Assembly: GCA_001773215.1 (NCBI GenBank)
Contig: MEWB01000001.1
Location: 550,099 to 614,098, forward strand
Source of the DNA: a candidate division WWE3 bacterium RIFOXYC1_FULL_40_10
Lineage (GTDB): Bacteria > Patescibacteriota > WWE3 > UBA101185 > UBA10185
DNA: 64,000 nt
Reading direction: 5' to 3'
Of this stretch, positions 1 to 9,215 are shown one piece after another. How positions within the stretch are numbered: position 1 is the stretch's first letter; every line of letters starts with the position of its first letter. The position numbers and the translations under genes were made by a program. Under the pieces are notes generated by a model. It was not told the DNA's origin, searched no databases, and saw only the letters and a list, made by a program, of their open reading frames with translations.

Positions 1-135
1 AGATTGTGTTGGTGGAACAGTAAAATCCAAAGATCTACCAATTAATGAATTCTGAAATAAAATGCCCGAGATGAAAATGGCACTCAAAAAGAAGTAAAGA
101 ACAAAAGGAAATACATATGCTGGTTTTATTTTCAT
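1..135 (-). CDS. Partial CDS: N-terminus of a membrane protein, runs off the window start. Reads MKIKPAYVFPFVLYFFLSAIFISGILFQ....
   Basis: ATG at 135..133 sits immediately after the TAA stop of the upstream radical-SAM gene (TAAATG). The sequence is hydrophobic and helix-like. It is shorter than the ORF-track cutoff. Confidence 0.3.
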   Translation of the reverse strand, partial: MKIKPAYVFPFVLYFFLSAIFISGILFQNSLIGRSLDFTVPPTQS

Positions 136-1593
136 TTATGACTCCTTTGACTTATTAGACAGCATCGAGTACAGCTTCCCTCCCAAGCGGCTTTGAAATA
201 CCATTAGAGCTATACGATGGATAAGGGGAACACGCGTCAAAAAATAAGCCATATATCCTAAATTAGGCCCTAGCCTAAAAACTAAGGTTTTTTTCTCGTA
301 CAGATTAAATCCCATTTTAGTGATCTTTTTCCTTTCGGCTTCCGAAAAATCATCAGTTTCAAATATTGGCCTATTATCTCGATAGGACACATATTTCAAA
401 TAATCCTCTTCCGCAACTAGAAACCTCCCGTTTTTCTTTACCCAAGTATAAGCATCCGTACCCGGGTAGGGCACTAAATTATAGAAGTTCACAAAGGCGC
501 ATGGCAGACTCTCTGCAAAAAGCAATGAATCCAAAGCAGTTCCATAGGTTTCTCCTGTATGCCCAACGATAAAGTTTATACTATGAGGAATTCCCAGATC
601 CTGACACCACTTGGAAGCCTGTAACACCTGGTTCTTTGTTATACCCTTACCAATTTCCTTCAAGATGTAGTTGTTACCCGACTCGCAGCCGAAAGTTAAG
701 AAAATACACCCTGCCTCTTTCATTTTCTTTAACAGACTAATATTTACACTGTCCACTCGGATGCCATTGTACAGAGAAAAAGTTATCCCAAGCCCGGAAC
801 TAATTATTAAGTCGCAAATCTCTTCGGCTCTTGGAACGTGTGTGGTGAAACAGTCGTCGTTAATTTCAAAATGTCTCCAGCCTTTGTTAAACCAATACTC
901 TATTTCCTCAAATACATTCTGCGCTGTTCGGAACCTAAATCCCCTGCCGTGAGATAGCCTTACCGAGCAATAGTTACAGCCATAAGGACATCCTCTGGAG
1001 GTTAGCAAAGGAAGGGTTTTGAAATCTACACATTTATACCTTTCGATCCCAAATGCTTCGTAATCGGGAAAAGGTAAATCTTCCAACTCTTCAGACGTTA
1101 AAAACGGTCTGTCTTTATTTTCTATAACTTCCCCGGATTTAGATACCCATAATAGCCCGTCGATATCAGAAAAATCACTTCTCTTTTCCCGAATAGCATT
1201 AAGAAGAGCAAGTAAGGTTTTTTCGCCCTCGTGTTTTACAGCAAAATCTGCATCTGTCTCTTCCAGGATTTGCTTTCGAGTACCCGACACATGCGGACCA
1301 CCAACAACAAGGGGTATATCACAATTTTCCTTTATCAGCTGAATCATATCGTAACCACTCTGATAACAGTAGCTGAACATCGTCACCCCAATGAGATCGG
1401 GTCTTTCGACCCTAATCGCCTCCAGCAGTTTTGCATCTGAAAATTGTATGCCATCATCAAATATGGCAACCTCAACACCGTTTTTTTTCAACCAAGAAGT
1501 TAAATAAGCTATTCCAACATGAGGATGGCCTGTAGCACCCTCATAGTCACCATACATTGACTTTAGCCTGGGGATAGCAAATAAAACCTTCAT
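136..1593 (-). CDS. B12-binding domain radical SAM protein (class B rSAM, module 1)
   Basis: N-terminal Rossmann-like cobalamin-binding region (VGIAYLTSWLKKNGVEVAIFDDG, LIGVTMFSY, PLVVGGPH). Canonical CX3CX2C (RGCPYGCNYCSV) followed by a TIM-barrel-like rSAM core. The start overlaps the ferredoxin stop (ATGA). Confidence 0.75.
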   Translation of the reverse strand: MKVLFAIPRLKSMYGDYEGATGHPHVGIAYLTSWLKKNGVEVAIFDDGIQFSDAKLLEAIRVERPDLIGVTMFSYCYQSGYDMIQLIKENCDIPLVVGGPHVSGTRKQILEETDADFAVKHEGEKTLLALLNAIREKRSDFSDIDGLLWVSKSGEVIENKDRPFLTSEELEDLPFPDYEAFGIERYKCVDFKTLPLLTSRGCPYGCNYCSVRLSHGRGFRFRTAQNVFEEIEYWFNKGWRHFEINDDCFTTHVPRAEEICDLIISSGLGITFSLYNGIRVDSVNISLLKKMKEAGCIFLTFGCESGNNYILKEIGKGITKNQVLQASKWCQDLGIPHSINFIVGHTGETYGTALDSLLFAESLPCAFVNFYNLVPYPGTDAYTWVKKNGRFLVAEEDYLKYVSYRDNRPIFETDDFSEAERKKITKMGFNLYEKKTLVFRLGPNLGYMAYFLTRVPLIHRIALMVFQSRLGGKLYSMLSNKSKES

Positions 1594-1808
1594 GCTACTT
1601 TCTTGCCCTCTGAATCAAACAGTTCGATGGCACCTACCGGGCACATCCTCGCGACCATCATACCCTTTTCTAAGTTCGCATCTTCTACTTCAGCCAGAGG
1701 CTCTGAAATTGATTCTTTCTCACTTACCTTAAATAAATCAGGAGAGTTTATCTCACACACACCACAACCAATGCATATATCTTTTTTGATAGTTATTTTA
1801 TATTTCAT
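1590..1808 (-). CDS. Small single-cluster ferredoxin (CxGCGVC...CP motif)
   Basis: CIGCGVCEINSP ... ARMCPVGAIE over 72 aa. It is translationally coupled to the downstream rSAM. Confidence 0.7.
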   Translation of the reverse strand: MKYKITIKKDICIGCGVCEINSPDLFKVSEKESISEPLAEVEDANLEKGMMVARMCPVGAIELFDSEGKKVA

Positions 1809-1815
1809 AATTTAG

Positions 1816-4245
1816 TTACTTAATTCCCTCGACAGAAAGATCTCTAACTTGGCAGGTAGATCCTGTAATTTTACACAAATATCTAACATAGAATTTGGCT
1901 GTATTAACGTCCTCGAGAAAAATTTCATGGTTCTGGGTTGCATTATCCTCGTATGTGACATCTTTTAACCAATTAGCACCGTCCAAACTATATGAAACTG
2001 TGATCGTGTTGTTAAAAGTATACGTTTTACTATTGAGGACTATATTTGAAACCTGGGCGGGAAACTCAAAATAGTACACCAAAGGTTTTTCTGGATCCCC
2101 GGAATAGTTGAATATGATACCATCCATTGCCTGAAGCCACCCCTCGTTTGTTATCGAGTCGAATAACCATTTATTGCTTTTCTTTGTTTCCAAATCTGCC
2201 ACGTATTTATAGGAACCCCCTGATTCCTCAAAAGCCTTTGTGCCGTTTTGAGACCCATCGTACAGATTCAATCGATACAACCTAGACTCACCAGGATTAA
2301 ACTCGCGTCTCTCTGAATAATCCATTTTTAATTTGATGTATAACAATTTATCCTTAACAGGAACGGTAATTACGGGGTCATAAAAAACTTCCTTGTCACC
2401 CTCTTTTGAGTAAATAACAGAAAAGTCATTCGGATTATCTCCCGCCGACACTTCAAACGTAACTCCCGGGGGAACTGCAAACAACGTTCGTAAGCTCACT
2501 TCCGCCGGGGGCACTTTAAAAGAAAATGGGTATACTATTTCACTGTCCTTATTGTTAACACTGGCCAAATGGTAATAGCCATAGGTCATGGGTAAGTTGT
2601 AGTTTCCCAAATAGGATACTCCAACATTTTTCCAGTAACTTGCGTCTGCAAACATTTTGCTATAACTGAAATCATCATAATATTGCCACCTAACATTTGG
2701 TGAATTATCCAAAGCTATAGGCAACTTTTTCTCGAATGTAATCTCGTGAATCTGAAAATTCGCGATTTTATCTATCAACTTGTTTTTGGCTGATCCCGAT
2801 AGATACAAATTTTTGAAGTCTGGAATGCTTACGAAATAGTTCTTTCCCGGGGAATTTCGAAACCTTTCATACTCGTCTGAATCCATCAGTAGGAAATAGC
2901 TTTCCGTAAACCAAACTTTGTTCTTACTTTCGGAGCCAAAATAGAAATCAAAGAACGTATCTTCCCCATCTCTTACAAACACTCTGTCTCCCGGTACCAT
3001 TTTACCCTTTAAGTATTCGTGAACTGCTCTCCAGCTATATTCCACATTGGTGTCTAGGGGAAATCCGTAAGTTGTCCTAACCCTCAGGGGAGTAATTGCC
3101 AAAAATGTAATGAGCACCAATAACACCGATAATATCCCACGGAGGGGTACCCTTAGCCGAATTTCTTCTAAGTATTTCGACGTAAGCTCGGATATACTCC
3201 ATAGCCCGTAAGAGATTCCAAGTAGGTACACCGGTAATATGAAGAAAAAATACTTTTCCTCAAACCAATGAGAGGGCCGAACAAAATACAGCTGAAGGAA
3301 CGGGTAGAAAGTCCACAAAAGGACAAAACTTAGAAGCCTAATTTTCTTACGTCCGATCATACTCATAACCCCAAAGGCAAAAACCGTCGTATACAGAAAA
3401 AGCCGGATTCCAGGTCCCAGCCCAAACCAGGAAAACATTGCTAAATAAAACTTTAGAGAAAAATCTAAAGTGGTGCTGTCCATCTGCCGGGCTAAAGAGT
3501 ATCCCAGCTCCAGGGGATGAGAAGGACCATAGTTTACAAGTTTTGTAAAAAGCCCTACATAATAACCTGATCCAACGTTTAGAAATACGATTATACCTGC
3601 AATACAGATACCCATAAACAGCAAGAGTTGATATCTATACTTCTTTAATACAGCAGGATTCACCAAAATGTTTGCGATAAGAAAAACACCAGACATAGCG
3701 GCGACATATAGAGAAGCTGTTTGAGTAAGGATGTTAAGAATATTAGCAAGAGCGTATAACCCTAAAAACCTTACATTTATTACAGACTGCTTGAGATCGT
3801 CTAATAATCTTATTAGGTAATAGATTACTAGTAAAGTAAAAAACATGAAGTACGAATAATGGAGTATCTGCTGTGAAAATTCTACAGCCATAGGAGATAC
3901 TGCCAATAATAAAGCCGCAGAGAGTCCTACTTCATCCCCACCCAATTTTTTAGCTATCAAAAACAGCAGGTATACGGAGCTAACTCCAAACATTACTGAT
4001 GGAAGGCCTAAGGTAAACGTGTTTCTGCCAAATATGGAGAACAGCTTTACAAAGTAATAGTGAGTTGGAGTGGCGACCTCTTTGTATATTTGCACCCAAC
4101 CCCTAGAGGCCTGTTGAACCGACAGGGCTTCATCGTACCAAACATCTCTGGTAGCTAAACCCCTCATACGCAACGCCAAAGCCAAAAACAGGATCAGTAC
4201 CAGGATAATATCTTTCTTACTTAGCTTTTTAATTATTTCGTACAT
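1816..4245 (-). CDS. GT-C fold membrane glycosyltransferase (PMT_2/ArnT-like, GT39/GT83-type) with a large C-terminal extracytoplasmic domain
   Basis: About 11 TM helices. There is a DE motif in the first loop (RDVWYDEALSVQQASRGW). A roughly 430-aa soluble C-terminal domain follows. Confidence 0.6.
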   Translation of the reverse strand: MYEIIKKLSKKDIILVLILFLALALRMRGLATRDVWYDEALSVQQASRGWVQIYKEVATPTHYYFVKLFSIFGRNTFTLGLPSVMFGVSSVYLLFLIAKKLGGDEVGLSAALLLAVSPMAVEFSQQILHYSYFMFFTLLVIYYLIRLLDDLKQSVINVRFLGLYALANILNILTQTASLYVAAMSGVFLIANILVNPAVLKKYRYQLLLFMGICIAGIIVFLNVGSGYYVGLFTKLVNYGPSHPLELGYSLARQMDSTTLDFSLKFYLAMFSWFGLGPGIRLFLYTTVFAFGVMSMIGRKKIRLLSFVLLWTFYPFLQLYFVRPSHWFEEKYFFFILPVYLLGISYGLWSISELTSKYLEEIRLRVPLRGILSVLLVLITFLAITPLRVRTTYGFPLDTNVEYSWRAVHEYLKGKMVPGDRVFVRDGEDTFFDFYFGSESKNKVWFTESYFLLMDSDEYERFRNSPGKNYFVSIPDFKNLYLSGSAKNKLIDKIANFQIHEITFEKKLPIALDNSPNVRWQYYDDFSYSKMFADASYWKNVGVSYLGNYNLPMTYGYYHLASVNNKDSEIVYPFSFKVPPAEVSLRTLFAVPPGVTFEVSAGDNPNDFSVIYSKEGDKEVFYDPVITVPVKDKLLYIKLKMDYSERREFNPGESRLYRLNLYDGSQNGTKAFEESGGSYKYVADLETKKSNKWLFDSITNEGWLQAMDGIIFNYSGDPEKPLVYYFEFPAQVSNIVLNSKTYTFNNTITVSYSLDGANWLKDVTYEDNATQNHEIFLEDVNTAKFYVRYLCKITGSTCQVRDLSVEGIK

Positions 4246-6092
4246 AAAATTAGCAAATCAGCGCCCCTAACTTTTGAATTTTTTCCTTTTGAAACCAAGC
4301 CATTTATTTCTTGCTTATAGTGACTCGTGATTTTACTATTTGCATTGTGGTCAAAAAACCGGCGAGCAAATGAAAGCACGCCCATTTTGTCCCACAGGTT
4401 TAGCGCTTCCTTTGTTATTGTATATGAATAACTCACAAGCTTAAAACCCCTAGCCTCAAGTTTTTTTGCGTAGCTTTTATGATCATATAGGTGGTAATGA
4501 TTAAGCATTTTGTTTCTGTATTTAACGTAAAGGGGGATCAAAAAATTCATTTTTACTTGAGCCAACAGTTGGGATACATAAAGATACTCACTAAAATAAG
4601 CGCTTGGGGACGTAAACAAAAAGTACCCGCCAGGCTTTAATACTCTGTAAATTTCCGAGAGTGTTGCATCATTATCGGGAATGTGCTCAATTACAGAATT
4701 AGAAAAAACAAAATTCACGCTTTCATCTTTAAGCGACATCTGTTCCGCCCCTTCCAGGAAAATTTTCTCGTAACGGCAATTCTTGATTGCTTCCTCGACA
4801 TCCTTGGCCTCCCCATTGTCGACCCCGTATGTAAACTTGCCGGCAAAACACATGCTTGATATTAAGCCATCCCCGCAACCAACATCCAAGGAGGGTCCTA
4901 AAAACTCATACTCCTTTACCGATTCATACATCATTTTTAATTCCAACGCTCTAAATAGCACAGCCGAAGGGTGGTCATACACTTTAAACAACTCTTCAGT
5001 ATCTACCATTTTTACTTTCAAGGAAGGAAATTTCACTTTAGTTTCCAAATTGGCATCTGAACAAAAGATAACTCTTTGTTTAGCGACACTGTATCGATAG
5101 TCCTCTTTTATTATCACTCTGTATAATCCCACAACAGTACCAAATAGAGCGCCTAGCTGGTCCACGCTTCCGGTTCTGAAAAAATTCAAGAAATAGTAGG
5201 TATTCTGCAAAGTCAGATTCACCAAAAATCTAAATAGCTGATCGATATTCGCGATCCTAAAAAATCTAAAATAGAAAATCAGTAGGTTTTGGATTCGATG
5301 ATAAGGCGCCGGACGTGCTTTTTTTACTTTTCCCGACTCAACATGATGTTCAAGACTCACCTTGGGATCGAAAATGAGCTTATAACTGAGTCTTTGAATT
5401 TTTAGGGCTGCATCAGCTTCGTGATAATCACCCAAGCCTTTAATATAGATAGTATCAAAACCGCCGATTTGCTTTAGCAAAGAAGTTCTGGCCGACCAAT
5501 TACACGCTTCCAGGTTTGATACTTCTAGCGGCTTTTCTATTTTTAGACACTCCTTATAGTTAGACCCCAAGGTGAAAACTCCGCTCTTTAGGAAAGTGCT
5601 AACCTCATACATTTTGTTTTCGTAAAGGTAATTATTGTAAATTTTATACACCAGCTTTAAAACCCAGTTTTCGCTGTTTTTAAAGTTTTCCAATACAGCT
5701 GTAAGATCTCTGGAGTGCAGTCCGGCTTGGTTCATTATCGTAGGCCCGGTAACACCCCCAACAGCTATATCCCTTTTAAAAGCTTCCACCATACTTCTAA
5801 ACCACTCGGGATGCATGGTAGTGTCATCATCGATTCTTACAAATATCTCACATGTCGCTCGATCCAAGGCTTCGTTAGCTGCCCCGATTAAGCCACTTTT
5901 ACTTTGGATAAAATACTCAATATCAAGCTTTTTGTATGATAAAACCAATTTTTGAATTTTCTCATCATCTTTCATACCAGCCAAAAGAATAGTGAAATCT
6001 TTTAATGATTGCCTATCCAGGCTATCTAAACATTTTTTAAGGGAGTTCAATCTATTCGAAGTAGGTATAAAGATATTAGCTGCTTTACTCAT
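4233..6092 (-). CDS. Bifunctional glycosyltransferase family 2 (N-term) / class I SAM-dependent methyltransferase (C-term)
   Basis: GT2 signature at the N-terminus (FTILLAGMKDDEK, IDDD). The C-terminus carries LDVGCGDGLIS ... VIEHIPD ... LKPGGYFLF, a Methyltransf_11-like fold. Confidence 0.65.
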   Translation of the reverse strand: MSKAANIFIPTSNRLNSLKKCLDSLDRQSLKDFTILLAGMKDDEKIQKLVLSYKKLDIEYFIQSKSGLIGAANEALDRATCEIFVRIDDDTTMHPEWFRSMVEAFKRDIAVGGVTGPTIMNQAGLHSRDLTAVLENFKNSENWVLKLVYKIYNNYLYENKMYEVSTFLKSGVFTLGSNYKECLKIEKPLEVSNLEACNWSARTSLLKQIGGFDTIYIKGLGDYHEADAALKIQRLSYKLIFDPKVSLEHHVESGKVKKARPAPYHRIQNLLIFYFRFFRIANIDQLFRFLVNLTLQNTYYFLNFFRTGSVDQLGALFGTVVGLYRVIIKEDYRYSVAKQRVIFCSDANLETKVKFPSLKVKMVDTEELFKVYDHPSAVLFRALELKMMYESVKEYEFLGPSLDVGCGDGLISSMCFAGKFTYGVDNGEAKDVEEAIKNCRYEKIFLEGAEQMSLKDESVNFVFSNSVIEHIPDNDATLSEIYRVLKPGGYFLFTSPSAYFSEYLYVSQLLAQVKMNFLIPLYVKYRNKMLNHYHLYDHKSYAKKLEARGFKLVSYSYTITKEALNLWDKMGVLSFARRFFDHNANSKITSHYKQEINGLVSKGKNSKVRGADLLILCTK

Positions 6093-7132
6093 TTTGTTTT
6101 TACGAAACCTTCTGCATTTCCAACTTTATGAACTTTCAACACTTTTGCTAAAAAATAACTTAACTCCTTCTTTCTCATAACTATCCTAAACAAATCATGG
6201 TCAGATACCGTCCTAATGCCCTGAATCCTTTTTCGCTTAATCAGTGTACTCTCAAGATTAGTTATATTCCAAAATATCGCCTGGTGGATCCACAAAAAAG
6301 GTTTGTAATCCCCTCTAAGCAATGAGTACCAAGCAAGCCCAAGCCATAAAAACAAGTGTATCGGCAGTATCCTGGCTAAACTCCCGCCCTCCAAATTCTT
6401 AATTAACGTTAATATATAGTTCTTTGTTCCATGAAACTTGGCATTATAATTGTTTTTGCTTTTTCCAAGTATCACTGTGCTTGTGCCAAATTCATGAAAA
6501 ACCACTGAAGCAGGAATATACACAGCTTTAAACCCCGCTAACCAGGATCTCCAACCCAGGTCAGTTTCTTCCACATATATAAAGTAATCTTTATCGAAAC
6601 CTTCGATCTTTTCGAAAGTCTCCTTTCGTATGAACATGCCCGCAGATTTAGCAGCCAATATAGGAACACTTTCGTTAAATTCACCATTATCTAGCTCCCC
6701 TGCCTTAACTCTTTGAACTAAAAACCCGTTTTGGCCTATATATTCCCCAACGTAGTCAAGTTTGTTACGTTCTTTCGACAAAATCAGCTTACATTGTACT
6801 ATGCCTGTATTAGGGTCTGAGTCTAGCGCTTTGGCTGCCTCATTTTCCCAATTTGGATCAACCAAAGTGTCGTTGTCCAAGAATCCCAAATATCTACCTT
6901 CACTAACCTCAACGCCTTTATTTCGAGCATACGCAGGGCCATAGTTTTTGTCCAAAGCCACCACTTTTATTTGCTTATATTTGTCTTTAAGAAAGTCAAC
7001 GGTTCCATCATCAGAACCATTATCGACTACAATTACTTCCAGATCAGTCGAGTTAGCCGAAAGAACTGAGTTAACGCATGCATCCACGTAGTTTTTCCCA
7101 TTGTACGTTACTATAATTACCGAGGATCTCAC
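6089..7132 (-). CDS. Glycosyltransferase family 2
   Basis: SSVIIVTYNGKNYVDACVNSV, VVDNGSDDGT and a DxD motif (FLDNDT). Confidence 0.7.
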   Translation of the reverse strand: MRSSVIIVTYNGKNYVDACVNSVLSANSTDLEVIVVDNGSDDGTVDFLKDKYKQIKVVALDKNYGPAYARNKGVEVSEGRYLGFLDNDTLVDPNWENEAAKALDSDPNTGIVQCKLILSKERNKLDYVGEYIGQNGFLVQRVKAGELDNGEFNESVPILAAKSAGMFIRKETFEKIEGFDKDYFIYVEETDLGWRSWLAGFKAVYIPASVVFHEFGTSTVILGKSKNNYNAKFHGTKNYILTLIKNLEGGSLARILPIHLFLWLGLAWYSLLRGDYKPFLWIHQAIFWNITNLESTLIKRKRIQGIRTVSDHDLFRIVMRKKELSYFLAKVLKVHKVGNAEGFVKTK

Positions 7133-8280
7133 TTCCCGATAGCCTCCCTATACCACTCCAGGTATATTCGGGCTGTGTTTTCAGGCGAACGCTCTTTAGC
7201 TTTTTTTAGTGTTGCCTGTTCTATCTGCTTAACCACCTCGGGATTCTCCGCTATATATTTGAACGCATCATGCCATTTATCGTTTTCAATCAAATAGCCG
7301 GTTTTCAAGTGATCTAAATCTTCAATAAAATGCCCTATTTTAGTGGCAATAACACATTTTCCATAACTTGCGGCATGGAACAAAGGCCCGCTTGACCCCA
7401 TAGATAGTATTGCCGGATTACAAACAGCATACGCCTTTTCATATAGGTCGTCCTGCTGTTCCATATTAATAAATCCCTTCATTTCTACTTTCCCCTTCAT
7501 CGCAGTCCCTTCTATCTGGTTCTTGATTTCGTCAAAAGCCTCCTCCTGCCCTTTTATAATGCCGCCAGCCAATATCAATCTAAAATCTGAATGCGGGTTG
7601 GCCGTTAAGTATTTTTGAAACCCATCCAGTAAGTAACCTAACCCTTTTCTTCTAGCCATATAACCAAAGTAGAAAAAATAATGTTCTTTAGGTAAATTTC
7701 GTAACCTCTTTTGAGGAATTGCTATTGGTATAACTTTTACTCTTTTAGCATCAACCCCATAATCCGTACTAATAATTTTTCGGGTAAGCTCTGTGTGAAC
7801 TATTTGTCTGCCCGAAAGCAGTGAAATAGATTTGTAAATATAATGAAAGGCTAATGAAACCATAAAAGGTTTAACGTACTTTGGGTTTTGATGAAATATT
7901 CTAATTAGCTCGTGATCAATTTGTTTTTTATAAACCGCAGCATGAACAGTGACAACCGTTTTAAATCCCATTATTTTTAACATGAGTAAAAGGAGTGGAA
8001 AAAACATAGCCGTAATCAATCCCCCATACATATTTAGCTCATGTTGCAGGTGTATCAAATCAGGTTTGTCGGCCAATACCTGCCTAAGTATTTCATAAAC
8101 ATACGATAGTGACTTCGACCAGACAAGTTTAATCTCCCCACACCCTTGAATTTCCAAATTTTTGGGATCCTTATCTGCATAAACGATTAGCTCAATACCA
8201 GGATTGTTGGCAAGCCCACTCGTAATTGATTGCGAATAATGACCAACAGGCAACATTCCGGATATAAATACTACTTTCAT
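7129..8280 (-). CDS. Glycosyltransferase family 1 (GT4-like)
   Basis: GT-B architecture. The C-terminal half has FGYMARRKGLGYL and an E-x7-E-like region. Confidence 0.6.
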   Translation of the reverse strand: MKVVFISGMLPVGHYSQSITSGLANNPGIELIVYADKDPKNLEIQGCGEIKLVWSKSLSYVYEILRQVLADKPDLIHLQHELNMYGGLITAMFFPLLLLMLKIMGFKTVVTVHAAVYKKQIDHELIRIFHQNPKYVKPFMVSLAFHYIYKSISLLSGRQIVHTELTRKIISTDYGVDAKRVKVIPIAIPQKRLRNLPKEHYFFYFGYMARRKGLGYLLDGFQKYLTANPHSDFRLILAGGIIKGQEEAFDEIKNQIEGTAMKGKVEMKGFINMEQQDDLYEKAYAVCNPAILSMGSSGPLFHAASYGKCVIATKIGHFIEDLDHLKTGYLIENDKWHDAFKYIAENPEVVKQIEQATLKKAKERSPENTARIYLEWYREAIGK

Positions 8281-9215
8281 ATTTTCATTTTTTCCTCAAT
8301 TATATTCTCGATCATTTTCTCAAAAGTCACACTTGGAGTCCAACCGGTTAATTTTCTTAACTTTGTATTGTCTCCCACCACAGGGTTTCTTCTTCTGGTC
8401 AAAACTTGATTGTTTTCTTTAACATGTTTTTGCCAGTCAAGCTTTAAATAGTCAAAAACTATGCGAACAAAATCCCTCACTGTGTGCTTATTACCTGTCG
8501 AAACCACAAAGTCGCCGGGCACACCAAGCTGTAGTACCCTCCACATTGCTTCCACGTAGTCGGGAGCATATCCCCAATCTACTTCGGCATCCAAATCACC
8601 CAACACTAATTCTGTTTCCAAACCTCTCTTTATTTCCAAGGCGGTCTTAATTATCTTCATGGTAACAAATTTCTCCTCTCTTAATACAGACTCATGGTTA
8701 AATAGAATCACGTTGGAAATAAACATTCCTTGAGTATCCCGATACATTTTTCCTAACTGCATCCCACTATATTTAGTTATAGCATAAGGGTTTTTTGGAT
8801 CCACCGGTGTATCCTCACAAACCATCTCCTTGCTAGGGTCTCCAAAAATTAGCGATGAGGATGCATAAAGTACTTTTGTATGTACAGACTCCTGTTTTAT
8901 AGCTTCCAAAAAGTTGGTGTAACCTTTAACATGAACGTCGAAGCTTTTTTCCACTAGTTTAGCCCCATCAATCGCTGTGTCTTGCGAAGAGTGGTGATAG
9001 GCAGCCAGGTAGTATAATTCATCTGGTTTGGTATTTTTTATCAAGCCTGCCACCATAGCTGAATCCAGGATATCTACTTTTGAAATCCACTCAAATCTGG
9101 TTTCGTCAAAATAATCCAAGTCCAGTCCTAATAAACCGTAATTCTTTCCCCTCAATAGCGAAGTGAGTAATACACCATCCTGGCCTTTACTCCCAACTAT
9201 TATTGCTTTGCTCAT
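8277..9215 (-). CDS. GMD-family short-chain dehydrogenase/reductase, likely GDP-4-keto-6-deoxyhexose reductase (Rmd-like)
   Basis: GxxGxxG (VGSKGQDG), YxxxK, and the GMD/Rmd-type motif [13 protein letters not shown] shared with the upstream Gmd. At 312 aa it is Rmd-sized. Confidence 0.6.
   Translation of the reverse strand: MSKAIIVGSKGQDGVLLTSLLRGKNYGLLGLDLDYFDETRFEWISKVDILDSAMVAGLIKNTKPDELYYLAAYHHSSQDTAIDGAKLVEKSFDVHVKGYTNFLEAIKQESVHTKVLYASSSLIFGDPSKEMVCEDTPVDPKNPYAITKYSGMQLGKMYRDTQGMFISNVILFNHESVLREEKFVTMKIIKTALEIKRGLETELVLGDLDAEVDWGYAPDYVEAMWRVLQLGVPGDFVVSTGNKHTVRDFVRIVFDYLKLDWQKHVKENNQVLTRRRNPVVGDNTKLRKLTGWTPSVTFEKMIENIIEEKMKI

Noticed and set aside
366-1440. Plus-strand ORFs inside rSAM1 (366-572, 671-952, 1231-1440), and similar opposite-strand ORFs inside GT, rpo and r-protein genes throughout the window
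   Set aside because: Each lies entirely within a longer, well-supported gene on the other strand and has no recognisable domain or RBS. These are typical shadow ORFs of AT-rich DNA.
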